The notes under the pieces are model-generated. The model was not told where the DNA came from. It did no database searches and was given only the letters and a program-made list of their open reading frames with translations. Shown here piece after piece: positions 44,390-57,375 of a stretch of 64,000 nt of DNA (position 1 is the first letter of the stretch; the number at the start of each line of letters is the position of its first letter). Where the stretch lies: NCBI GenBank assembly GCA_009103225.1, contig RHPI01002262.1, positions 1,188,406 to 1,252,405 on the forward strand, given 5' to 3'. A program made the position numbers and the translations under genes. The stretch comes from Chlorokybus atmophyticus. Taxonomy: Eukaryota > Plantae > Mesostigma and Chlorokybus algae.

Positions 44390-45840
44390 TCAGCGCGAGC
44401 CCTCCTTGCCAACACCCTCCTGGTAGTCGGGCTCGCAGAACTCCCCGCCGAGGTCGTCGCACGCCTCTCCCGGGAACACCCTGCCAGTAACACACGCGTA
44501 CACACATGACATTACGGTCTTTTCGTGCCAAAGTGCATGGAGAAGCACTCGCGCACACACTTATACTTGGGTAGATTTGTGTATTCTAGAGTGTTCCTTT
44601 CCATGCATGCTGCTCAGATGCATAATCCCAACATTGCCTCACCACGTCATCTGATGTGTAGATGGACACAGCAAGCGTGTGCATGCCATGCCTGGTTGTT
44701 ACATGTCTGTAGTATATGCACACACCATCTACGTGTGTGTCATATGTGACCAATGTGGGGTGTATACATACAACCTGTGATGATTTGCAAACAGTGCTGA
44801 CATGCGCACAGTTCTCATGTATCTTGCACTTTACATGCACGCTCTGCTCAATTGTGAGTATGTCATGCATGTGCTATGTTGTGCTTACGTCTTATTGGAT
44901 GATTCGTAGTTGACGTAGTCGCGGTCGGGCTCGTCCTTGCTGCTGTTGTTGCGCTGGCGCGGCTGAGCCTCAGAGCGCACCTCCTTGCCGACATTGTTTT
45001 TTTCACGCCAGTCAGGCTCGCAGAATTCCCCGCCCAAATCGTCGCACGCTTCGTCAGGAAACACCCTGGAGAATGACACAAATGTCACACATGCTAGTTC
45101 GCGCTAAGCACATGCATGCATGTGCTTACGCGAACGTGCACAGGCATGCGCACACACGCGCATTAACAATGCTGCAACGTGTTGTTGTAATTGTGCTCTA
45201 ACCATAGTGCACAGCAGTTTGTACGTAAGACATCAATACCAAGTTCCAAAGCACACAATAGCAGTGACAAATTGCAAGTCCTTTCACATGTGTAGTTGTC
45301 ACTGTGAGTATGCAAACAAACCGAACAGCAACCAACAGCATCATTTGCACAATGTTATATGTTCCATTCAGTGGCAATGCCATAATTGTACTGCAATCAA
45401 AAGCAATGCCTGAATAGATGTAATTGACGGCTCACAAAGGCATGCTTCAGAGTGTGAGCCACTCAGTGACGTTTGAATGGTGAAGCGGAAAGGCACACGC
45501 ATGTAACAGGCATGCAGAGAGAGAGAGAGAGAGAGAGAGAGTACACACCATTAAGCGAAACACACGTCTCATCTGACCCAACCAGCCCAACCAATCCCAC
45601 TTACGATTCGTCTTGCTTGTCGTACTCCACATACTCCTCCGCCTGCTTCTTCTTCCCACCCCCAAACAGCGCCTGCGCCGGGGAGGAGGCTCCCCTACTA
45701 CTGTGAGACTTGACCACCTTGGCCTTCAACAACGATCCGCCCTTCAACGGCCGCACCGACCGCACCGACCGGCTGCTGCTGGGAAGCCTGGCAGTCATGG
45801 GCACTGAAAGGGACATGGCCACGGCTGCCGTAGCTGCCAT
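44390..45840 (-). CDS. LIR1: Light-regulated chloroplast protein Lir1 homolog, ~167 aa
   Basis: Model join(45840-45605,45065-44889,44480-44390) is in frame. Transit peptide plus two repeats, VFP(D/G)EACDDLGGEFCEPD(W/Y), each preceded by a Y(V)xY motif. This matches the Lir1 EACxxxGGExC repeat. Confidence 0.88.
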
Positions 45841-46602
45841 CTTGTTATATGTGACAGCTTCTCCTTGGGGGGGGGGGNNNNNNNNNNNNNNNNNNNNNNN
45901 NNNNNNNNNNNNNNNNNNNNNNNNNNNNNNNNNNNNNNNNNNNNNNNNNNNNNNNNNNNNNNNNNNNNGGGGGGGGGGGGGGGGGGGGGGGGCGCTGCTT
46001 CACCTCCTTGTCCTAAGCCTGGTCCACGTCCTTGTCCTTGTCCTGCACCGCCGCCCCCGCCGCAGGAAATGTGGTATGCAGCAATGGAAAGCAGTAGTGT
46101 TATCTCAAGTGCTTACAAACGGATATTCTGATGAGATCGGCGATATCGGTCTGTGCTTGCGGGCTAAAGCGCAACAGGGGCTAGACAGCGAGTATTATGC
46201 AATGCATCGGGTGGGAAACCGACCACGGAGAATATCTTGTTTTTGGGCTGACGTCAGCAGGTCGGCCCATACGGTACAGAGTATAGAGTTGTGACATACA
46301 TACTGTACCCCTATGCAGGTGAACTATCCATTGAACGAGGCTACACAACCAGTCGCCGGGTGATAGGTCGGTCATTGTAGCTAGGCGCTCGTCACGTCCA
46401 AACAAGTAACGTGACATACTACATAATGCGTGATGCGTTACGAACCGCCATATAAGGAAGGCCGTAACTCACGGCCCGTGAGGTTATTGTTGCCCATTTG
46501 ACCCGACGTCTCATGGGAATTGGCGCATCGCAAATCTGTTGTTGGCTCGTAAGACGTCGAGGCGCTCAACGGCAAACGGCGCCTGCGTCCTCTAACGGCG
46601 GT

Positions 46603-46979
46603 ATGGCTCGCACCAAGCAAGTTGCGAACAAAAAGAACTCCTGTCCCTCCCAGTCCCGCACCCCCCGTGCCCCCTGCCCCGCCTCAGCAACAAAAGTAAG
46701 TGGACGTTCGCATGTGCTGTGAACGATTGATGCGCCTTTAACAAAAACCCCGCTGACGACTTGTTGCTCAGCGGGTCGCTCAGGGAGAGGCGTCGGCTGC
46801 AAGATAGCACGCAGCCTGTGATTCCGCGTGGTGCGTTTGCTCGTCTCGTAGGTGACATCAGTCGGAGTATGCAGGACTCTGATGCTGCATTTCGGCGCAC
46901 ATACTCTGGCATCCATTGGCAGGCTACTGCACTAATCTCGTTGCAGTATAACATCTGCAGGTGTTGGGGAGACACGTAG
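46603..46979 (+). pseudogene. CENH3: Truncated centromeric-histone-H3-like relic
   Basis: MARTKQ start with a divergent tail. Histone-fold segment LQDSTQPVIPRGAFARLVGDIS..IHWQATALISLQ has A for Q68, W for F84 and a long loop 1. The frame is broken between the tail and alphaN, and most of alpha2 plus alpha3 are not found. Confidence 0.7.
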
Positions 46980-47088
46980 TGATTTACAACGAGTAGATTG
47001 CGTGCTGCTGGATGTCAATTGTCATTATGTAATAAAAAGAGAAGCATTCCATAAGGTTAGGCTGGGTTGAATAGTATTTGGTATATAC

Positions 47089-47147
47089 GTGCAGACATCT
47101 GATAGCTATAAACTCGAGGCGAGTTAATAGCTATCAGATGTCTGCAC
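47089..47147. repeat. Long hairpin (perfect 21-bp inverted repeat plus 6-bp inner stem)
   Basis: GTGCAGACATCTGATAGCTAT (47089-47109) pairs with 47127-47147. AACTCG/CGAGTT encloses an AGG loop. Confidence 0.9.
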
Positions 47148-50015
47148 ATATACACCTCCGATACCAATGTGAGGCTCTGATTAACTGATTCAGTGAACAA
47201 ATTGTTAATTCACTTGTAAAATATCCTAAGTGAACTATCAACATAAACTATTTAGTTCAGTGAATCAATCAGCCAAGTGAACTAATTCTGTCAATCGCGG
47301 GTGCTTTGTAAATATGCAACACTTGTGCATAAGCATGTACCCCTCTCACAACATCCAACTTAGGCGTGTGAACAAACGATCTCAGATAAAAGGGGTTACT
47401 ACCCAACCAGCTTTCTTACAACAATCAAGTTGTAACCAAGTGAACCACAAATATACCATCTTAGTATAAGTGTAAAACACTGAGTACCTGGAAAGGCTTT
47501 GGTATGGCGTTCCCTTGATTGGCCTCTCTCAGATCACCCAAGAACTTTAACCCTTAGTGCCGGCCTTTACTCCGCATACAACTCGCTGAAGACAACTGAA
47601 TGCCGACTACTTGGCACTGCCCCTTTTTATACTCCGGGGTTCCTGTGCCTTTGTTAGTTCATTACGCCCGATCGAACCCTCGAAAACTATTTTCCGAATT
47701 GCCAACGCTTTTGAGCGAACATCGGAAATCTATTTCAAAGTATGACCCCTGATGCGATTCTCCTATGTTCATAACTTTCAACCTTCCTATAAAGGAGTGA
47801 GTTAGTAGTGCGGAAGCCCATATATTGATTTACAACATAGTTCGACAATCCCTATCCTCGGGAACTGTACTATGTCGGAGTCTCCGATGGTACCTACCAT
47901 TGTCGTGAATACGATAGTGAGGTACTTTTTTAGTACTTCATCTATTGCAGCATTCTGTGCTCAGTGAACTGGCGTATGTCGCTTTAACGCCAACATCTAA
48001 ATATTTAACGGGTTGATAAATCCATGGACTTAACGTTTTGTTAAGATACCCCTCTTAGTCTAATAGATTATAAGGACTTTTTGTTCATAACGGTAGCTCA
48101 ATTCGTCCCATTAATCTTTAATGGTCAATGGATTCCAAAGTCTTTTGACTAAGGTCTTAGAAATTAAGCTGTCACGTTAGCCAATGCGGAATCAAGCTCT
48201 TTAGACGGCTCGTGTGATACGGCGTGAGGATTTCAACCCTAACGTCGCTCGAACGTAAGCGCAAACACGCTACCATAAATGCAAGTCAAACAAAAACGCA
48301 TTAAACAACAATTACTCGTATTGTAAATAACAATAGGAGTACAAGATGCGATGAGCATGAGGAGAACATGGAGTTGGATGACAATGCAGACACAGACGAG
48401 ACTATGACGGACATTGATGCCGATCAAGATAGTAATAGTAGTGATGAAGGTCTCGAACTAGATGGGGGTGATAGTGGTGCATGCGGTGGTGCTGCGGCTG
48501 CGGTCCCTATATGTGTGGGTTGACTCGTTTAATACGTGATGTGGGTCTGTAAAAAGAGCGTGTTGTTGTTTGAGTCATCAACATGTACTGTGTATCAAGT
48601 TTTTCGTTATGTGTGAATGGTATGTAGCATTATGGTCCCAATATTCGTACGTTGCATTTAATGCAAATATGATAATATAAGTAACGCATTAATTCGCACG
48701 CCCGGATTTGCTAGTACAAATACGCAAATTGTTAAGCATATATATAAATTAATCAATATTTGCTATACTTTAAGAGGTGTGTAAATATTAGTTTCATGTT
48801 AGCTTCATATTTATTTCACACAATTTCCAATATATGCAAAGCATGCAACGTTGACATGTGACAATTTTGTAGTATGTAGTTTGATTGTATATATGTAGAT
48901 CATACCTCGTGCATTATTGCAAATAAACCATGAAGTTTATACAAGTTAAATCTCCGTAATTCGCAGCCATGAAAGGCACAACATGCAGCATGGAGGTTGT
49001 TTATACTTGCTTGTTTATGTGTTGCTATGCTTGCTGCTGCTGCTTACAATGTGCACAAATATATGCACATGACAATTTTAATTATTGCATAACTTTAATG
49101 AAGTATGTAGCTGGTATTCTATTCGATATTGCTATATATATCAAGGGTGCGCATGCATGATATACAAGCAGTGCAACAGTTTGCGCTGCATTTTGCTGTA
49201 TATGTGTAAACGCACAAACTGCGTCACAAAATTGTTTATGATTATTGTCTGAAAAAGTTGTAAAGCAATTGAAGGCGTGAGTAAGTGGCATCGTTTCAAA
49301 GTACATCATTTTTTTTACAACTTAAAAGGCTATGATTGCGGCTGAGATATAACAGGTTTATCTGCAAACATAGCAAAAATATAAACACATATAAACACAA
49401 CTTTTGCTCGTGATTGGGGCTAGCGATGTTAAAGAGCACCAGGTTAAGATCATACATACCATTAATTGTTCGATTTTGATTAATTGTTTAATGAGTATGA
49501 TGCTCAAATAATGGTAGTCCACTTCAGCCACGCAGAATGAAATAATACGCTGCAACGTAGTGTGACTTCATGTTATAGTATTTGTGCAATGCTGTAATGT
49601 GGCGCAAATAAACACGCATGTCACCCAAGTCATGCTTTGACAGATTTGATATTTTATATAATGCGCATCACCGATGTTGCAATGCGTTGTGCTAAACAGT
49701 GCATGTGTTTGTGCGCATTGACGTGTGTAGTTTTGATAATAAGATACATACAGTCTAAGCAAAATGTATGTATGGTATTGTGTTGTACCTAACATGAAAC
49801 CCATAACCAAATTGACATTGCAATGTAGCTTGTCAATGTAGCTTCTTGTTTTTTACCGGTTCAGTTCATGCCCAAACCTAGGCCCTCGGCCCCGCGCGCT
49901 CCCGCTCTTGCTCGTACAGCGAGGGCACCCTGCCCCGGCAGTAGGCATTTACCGATGGATTTTTTAGCGCCGAGCGGGCAGGTCACGTGATGTCCACCGG
50001 CCTGCCTGCCGCTGA

Positions 50016-53000
50016 GGCGGCGGCGGCGAGGATGACGATGGCGCTGACGTGGTCATCCAGTTGCTAAGGTAGGGGAAGGGTGAAAGGCGAAAGGGGAGGT
50101 CTAGCAGACTGGCGATGTTATTAAGCGGGGGATGCTAACAACTGGTGAGCTTGTGATTGACGTGCGTGTACATGTACGTGTGCGTGTGCGTGTCAACGCG
50201 CGCGTGTTTGGACTACTGGAATCTATGCTCATTTCAGTGACTACAGAGGTGGCAGATGCTCTGTATCTTAACGCTATGATGTATGGACTGTTACACGACT
50301 AAACCAGACAACCACATCTGTAATAATTACTCATCCAGAAGCACGCACAGCTCACTTATAGTCACAACCTCATGCGACTACACTGCATTGTCAGTATTAC
50401 AAAGGTATCATGATGACGGAAAAAGTCGCAACCCACTCGCTTATATGGCACAGCAACAGATCTTAAGCAAAAGTACATACCGTGACGCAGAGACTAGTGT
50501 TGTACAGTACCAGTCTCTCCGTGTAAGTTGAACTTGTGTGTGCGTCATGCCTCTTCCAGCAGCCAAGAGTCTTCGTACAGATCAAGACACGCACGCAAAC
50601 GCACTTCTACCGCCCCCCTCCCNNNNNNNNNNNNNNNNNNNNNNNNNNNNNNNNNNNNNNNNNNNNNNNNNNNNNNNNNNNNNNNNNNNNNNNNNNNNNN
50701 NNNNNNNNNNNNNNNNNNNNNNNNNNNNNNNNNNNNNNNNNNNNNNNNNNNNNNNNNNNNNNNNNNNNNNNNNNNNNNNNNNNNNNNNNNNNNNNNNNNN
50801 NNNNNNNNNNNNNNNNNNNNNNNNNNNNNNNNNNNNNNNNNNNNNNNNNNNNNNNNNNNNNNNNNNNNNNNNNNNNNNNNNNNNNNNNNNNNNNNNNNNN
50901 NNNNNNNNNNNNNNNNNNNNNNNNNNNNNNNNNNNNNNNNNNNNNNNNNNNNNNNNNNNNNNNNNNNNNNNNNNNNNNNNNNNNNNNNNNNNNNNNNNNN
51001 NNNNNNNNNNNNNNNNNNNNNNNNNNNNNNNNNNNNNNNNNNNNNNNNNNNNNNNNNNNNNNNNNNNNNNNNNNNNNNNNNNNNNNNNNNNNNNNNNNNN
51101 NNNNNNNNNNNNNNNNNNNNNNNNNNNNNNNNNNNNNNNNNNNNGATTGTGGGTGGGTGGGTAAGAATGTTGCACAAAGAGGAGAGAGAGACAGGACACG
51201 TGTACGCGCAAGCACATGCATACAAATAATTGGGGGGGGTACCAAAGACGACGACGGCGAAGCCGCAGTTGGTTTCGAGCACGGCAGGTTGCGACGCGCG
51301 TTGGAATATCTCCCGCACGTAGTAAACCAGCCCTCCGTCGGCGGGTTTGGGGGCATATGTGAATGTGGTGTGGAGGGGTGGAGCAAACCCCCACATACAC
51401 ACGTACGCACGCACACACTCACGTACACACGCATGCGTTGTGCAAGCCAATGCACATGCCTCAATTACTCAGCTTATGTCCACACACTACCACTCTCTCC
51501 AATTGACTCACGAACATGAGTGTCCTGTGTTTCAGCACAGCCCCAATTGTCTTCACATGGCTGCAATGCATCCACCCGAGGACGTGCCAGCAGCACCATC
51601 AGCCGATATCAACACCGATACCACCGTCTCCCCACGCCGCTGCCAGAGCACTCTCCCAACACCAAGAAAGCCTTCCGTATCAGCGTTCGTATCGCCCCGC
51701 AGCATCGCGCAAAGTATCATCCGAGGAGGGGATGCAGATGCGATATCCATCAAGCGACCGAAATCCGCTGGAGAGTACATGAACATGAACCTCCTCTCCA
51801 GCCCTCGTTATAAGAACCAGCAGCGCCAACATGGGGAGAGTTTCAACGGGTCGCAAACAGCAAGATATGGCTCCAGACCCTCCACTGCAGCCACAACAAC
51901 ATCCACATCAACAACAGCAGCATGGGCAGCAAACACCACATCAGCAACGAACACAACACCAAGGAGGAAAACACCCGAGTGGGTCGCATCCGTGCGAGCA
52001 GAGTTGGCTCTAATGAAGCACAAAGACAAGGACAAGGACAAGGACACCACCTTCAACAACAAGGACAAGGACACTGTCATGGCGGTGCAGAGGGATGCGC
52101 GTGTGCAAGGTGAGGTGGCGCGGGCGGTGCGGGCGCACGAGGAGGCCCTCCATGCCATGGCAGCCACGCACAACCAGCTGCGGGATGTCCGCATGTAAGT
52201 GTGTGGGTGTGAAGTTTGTAGGAATTGTGCACTTTCCAACATAATCCTATGCATCCACACGCACATGCACACGCACACCTTTGCACACCAGGGCGCATGC
52301 ACACGCACACGAGCGCTTCCCCCCGCCCCCCCTGCCCCCCGGCACATGCACATGCACATGCACGTCCATACAGCAGACCGCATGCAGAAGTATACGCACG
52401 CGTGAGCGTAGTCGCGCACTTGCAGGTTGAGGGAGGAGCAGTTTCGGCATGCCCAGGCTGAGCTGGAGATCTGCTGCTGCGAGACAAGGAAGCGAACCAC
52501 AAGCCCGGACGCGGGCGAGCGAGGCACACAGGTGGGGCTTGCCAACATATGCCAATTGGGGATGAAAGCTGTGCAAGTGCTGACTTGCTTGGTGTGCACA
52601 CACCACCCACATTCGCACGCACGCACACACGTGTATGCACGCATGCGTGCTCGCGCACTCACGCGCAAACACGCATGCCAGTTGGTCTCGGACATGGAAC
52701 GCAGAGTGCAAGACATCCTCTCCTCCACGGAAGAGGTACACACAGGCACGCACGCGCAAGGCACACACGCACACGCACACGCACACGCACACCCACCCAC
52801 CCACCCACTCCCCCTTACCCCCCTTGCCAAGGTAAAGATGCAATCCAAGACCCACCTGTGCGTCCTCGACCGCCTCCGTCGCTCCGCGCGTGCCGCGGTG
52901 AGGCTGATCGAGGGGATGCGGGAGAGCGTGGAGCATGTGGGTCAAGCAGGGGAGGGGGAGGAGGAGGGGCTGCATCGGGCGAGGGAGGAGTGAGTGTTGG

Positions 53001-56000
53001 GAGGGGGAGGGTGGGCGTTGGGGTGTTTTGGTGGTGGTGGGGGGGGGGGTATCTTGACTGTTTTTTTGTAGGTGCTACCACGCGCAGCAGGAGCTTGAGC
53101 GGGAGCGCGCCGCGCTGGCTGAAAGAGCCACGAATCACTCCCAAGAGGTTGGAAACACAACATCAGCGCAGTGATTGATACAAACGGAACGGAAAAGTAC
53201 AATACTCAACAACGAGTGTTGGCGTGTGGGTCTGTTCAGTTGTGTATATGTGTGAGTGTTGGCGTGTTGGTTGGTTGCTTGGTGTACGTGTACGTGCATG
53301 CGTGTATATGTGTTTGAGTGTAGCAGTTGCGCGTGAGATGTACGCTGATTGTTGAGTACGCTTGTCCACCAAGCATGTGTTTGCTGACTGCGTCAATGTG
53401 CGTATCCCTCAGTTGGAGCTTCTACGTGGCATGGCTTCCGCCCGCACCTTCTCCATCTCCACTCGCGCCTCCCTCTCCGCCCGTCGCGACCGCCTGTTCG
53501 AGAGCGTCGCCAGCAGCGGCGGCATCGACGACGACGCCAACCCGCACGGCAGCGTGGACGACGCCAGCAACGGCCACGTGGACGAGTTTGCGCGACGGCA
53601 GAATAAATACGCGCAGTCACTTGCAAAACTCGCAATCAGCGCGTTCAAGTCGGGCGGACCAAAGAAGAAAGAAGTGAGTGACTTGGCGTGTGGGTGGGCG
53701 GGCGGGCATACGCGTGTGTTTTTGTGTGCGTGTGCACGTGTGCGCAATTATGATCACATATATGCACGCGTGCGCAAGCATGAGTGCTTGTTTGTTTGCA
53801 TGCGTACATCTGCACGCACGCGCACAGGCACAGGCATGCACGCACACGCACATGTACACGTATATGTACATACACGTACGCGTACATGTACACAACCGTG
53901 CGCATGAGCGTGCTTTTGCGCTTGTGTACGTGACTGAGCGTGGATGCATGTCACTTGGACCAGACGCCGCAGAAGAAGAATCAGGAGGAGGCCATACAGG
54001 AAGCCTTTGAGAGGCTAAAGGCGGTCACTGGGCTGAGCGGTGAGAGAGACGACCTGTCTCCGTTGTATCTGTGAATGTGTATGCTTGTGCAACTTCACAA
54101 CGTGATCGCGTGACGCAACATGTGTACTTGTGAGCGCGCGCGTATCTGTTACTCTTATGCGTGCGTGTGTGTTTTCAGAGCTTCAGGCCATGACGGACCT
54201 GGTGATCGCGCGTTGCAAGGCCGAGAGCATCCTGCAGGCCGAGGTCGAGAGGGCCGAAGCAAAAAAGGCGCTCCTCCAATCGCAGGCAGTAAGTGAACTT
54301 GGGGGGTATTCTGTGTGCATGTAGCAACGCTAGAGGCACTTCAGATGCAGCTTGGTTGTGTTAGGGTGGGCTTAGTTGATTGGTAGCAGTGTTACACGCA
54401 CGTTGACGCAAGCACGCACGCACGCACGCGTGTGCACGCACACACACCCGTACGCAATCATTGACGCATGCACACTCGCACTCACACTCACACTCACACC
54501 CGCGCACGCTCGCACGCTCGCATGCACACACGCACAACAAGAAACACGCCCCAGGTCAACCTCCAATCCCGCGTGTTGGAGCTCCACTCCCACGGCAAGG
54601 CCTCCTCCAAGCTCGCCGACGAGTTCGAGGCGCCGCTGAGACGGGCAGCAAGGAGAGCGGCCCACGCCAGGGAGCGGGCGGACGAGGCGGAGGGAGGGGT
54701 GAGGAGGGCGAGGGACTGGTGCGGGGGGATCATGGAACGAGTCGCGAGGGTGGAGGTGAGAGACGCATGGATGCGCTTGCGCATGCATACACATAGTAGT
54801 AGCGCGCGTACAGTTACACACACACGCACACGCACACGCACACGCAGGCTACCTGGGACACGGTCACCCGCGCCTCCGTCTCCGACCGCTCCCTCGACCG
54901 CGACACGATCATGTCCTTCGCCACCATCAACTCCCGCACGTCCACCACCACCACCACCACCACCCCCTCCTCCAGTCTCGTCCTGACCGAAGACCAGGCC
55001 GCCCGCGTGATGGAGCACTTGTGTTACAGGCTCACGCACTGCCTCGCGACGGCCGTGGCGCAGTTCCCCGCGGTGTTTGAGGGTGGGAGTAGTGGGGATG
55101 TGTGGGGTGGGGGGTGGGGTGGGGTGGGGAGTGGTGGCGCGTCGCCTAATGGGGAGGTGGAGAGGACGGCGGCGTCACCGAGCTCGCGGAGGTGCGGGAT
55201 GATGTTGGTTTTGGTGGAGGTGGTCAAGGTGTCGGTGGTGTTGCGGTATGTGTGTGACTTTGCGTGTGTGTTTTCGTAGAGCGTCGAGGGCTGTGGATTG
55301 GGTGAGGCCCGACAGCGCACCCTCCTTCCTACGGTAAGCTAAGCTAAGCTCGTGACCGCACTACACAAACATCATAAAGTGTGTAAGTGCACGACGTGTT
55401 CATCACTTTGTGGATATCTGACTACGCAATACGTCTCAACAGGCCGTCGTTACCTATCACGCCCCGAACGTCACTGCGCAGGCAGTCCATAACCACCCCA
55501 CAGGCAAGAGAGAAGAGTATACACACGCACACGCACATGCACGCTACCCCCCCACCCCCCACCCCCCACACACACACGCTCCCACACCCACACACGTTTC
55601 AGCAGGCTATGGCAGCTGTGTCCGTGGTATCCGCCCCGCAGTGGCCCGCAGCCGGTCTGCCGCTGTCGCCCCCCGCGCCCGCGCGATACAACGTCCGGGT
55701 GCGGGACGGCAACAACAGTGACAACAAGAACAAGGAGGAGCGCGCGGGAGAGGGGAAGGAGGAGGAGAGTGAGGCGTCATCCAGCGGAGATGTGAGTAAC
55801 GTATCGTGCGTGTGCGCGTGCGTGTGCGTAAAGTTGTTGTTGTGGGATGTATGAGAGGTGGTTGTGTGTGCAGGAGCTTGAGGTCATGAGCGATGACGAG
55901 TTTTGGCTTCGAGAGCGGAGGTGAGTGAGGACATGCATCTACTGCTGACTGCATGTCCACAGCCACTACTCATGTTTGTAACTGTGCAAGAATACAAGCA

Positions 56001-56922
56001 CGCGTAGATCGCACCCACCCTCACCCCCACACACATGCACTCACGTGCAAACATGCGCAGACACAAACGCACTGAACGTATCTTTGCCTGTTCATAGGGA
56101 CCGTAAACGGGTTTCTTCGGGCATCACGCGCTCGCACGATCTGTTGGTAAGTGCACACTATAAACAACCATGCCTACCTCGCTCATGAAGACGGTCGTAG
56201 CAACAAACGCTCCCGTGCGCGTGCGCACACATATACACACACGCACGTGTGCAGGAGTCTCACATGTTGAAGCGGAACGCGCTGACTCCCCGCGGGCGCA
56301 TCCTCGCGGACGTGGCTGCGCGGCGAGCCCACCGGCTGCGCACAGCTTCGACCCAACAACACGCGTCGCGACCGTCGTCGCCGACACGCTTCGAGGCCAG
56401 AACACACGAGTTGATGGTAAGAGAGCAAAGTGCGTACTGATGAGCAACCAGTAGTGCGTTGGTAATCACACTCGCACACACGCACATGCACACGCACACG
56501 CACACGCACACGCACACGCACACGCACACGCACACGCACACGCACACGCACACGCACACGCACACGCACCGATGCGCCTTACACGCTCTCCGACGCCCAT
56601 TCTCATGCACGCACGTGTTCACGCCCATGCAATCACCTCCGCACACGCACGCACGCACGCACACACACACACAACCTTGATCTCTGCACAGGTCGATCTC
56701 GGTGTCCTCATCCCCGCCGTGTCTATATCCTCCTCCCTGCCGCCAACCCCGCATACACCCACCCACTCATCCCAACAACAACAGCAATCGCCTCACGCAC
56801 TGCGAGCGCGCACGGACACGCTGCCGTGGCAAGTCAAGCGTAGTAACAGTGGGGAGAATATTAGTAATAAGAGTCCAGGGGGGATTGCGAGACGGATGCA
56901 TGCAAGGACGGTGGGGGTGTGA
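50016..56922 (+). CDS. Large multi-exon coiled-coil protein, weakly like outer-dynein-arm docking complex subunits; start uncertain
   Basis: About 18 phase-compatible exons. IQEAFERLKAVTGLS|ELQAMTDLVIARCK and YNVRVR recall ODA1/ODA3-type segments. GC donor at 55504. An N gap lies at 50623-51143. Confidence 0.6.
56488..56569. repeat. (GCACAC)n intronic hexamer repeat
   Basis: About 13 perfect units. Confidence 0.95.
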
Positions 56923-57375
56923 AGGAAATTGTCGTGTCGTATTGGGTGCGCTTGCGTGGGTGGGTGCGTGGGTGCGTGCGTGCAACTTAGCGCACACGCG
57001 CTCGCGTGTGTGTGTGTGTGTGTGTGTGTGTCCCCACACAAGCGCATAACGTATCTTCGTCGCGGTGGGTGTCATGTCACACACAAACAACCGCATATAG
57101 GGCCATAACTGACACAGCGTGTAATCCCATGATGTGGCTGCACAACTGGCCGCCCGAAAAGCAAAGTGCACCATGAAAGAGGCAACTAGAAGTGATGGAG
57201 TATGACCCAGAATTGTTACTACTACCTAACCAATTTGTAAGAAGCCCACGCACACGGCTGTGAAGAACATATGTACACTACCGCTTTGCATCTGACGACC
57301 ACCAAAGGCGAGAACGTTGCTCGCATCTACTATACAAAACTGTCATTCGACTACGAGGTGATGAAACTCTTGCAT

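Noticed and set aside
47520-48330. Possible C-to-T hypermutated (RIP-like) long ORF
   Set aside because: The roughly 16 stops in about 270 codons match random expectation for this AT content, and a second frame looks equally protein-like.
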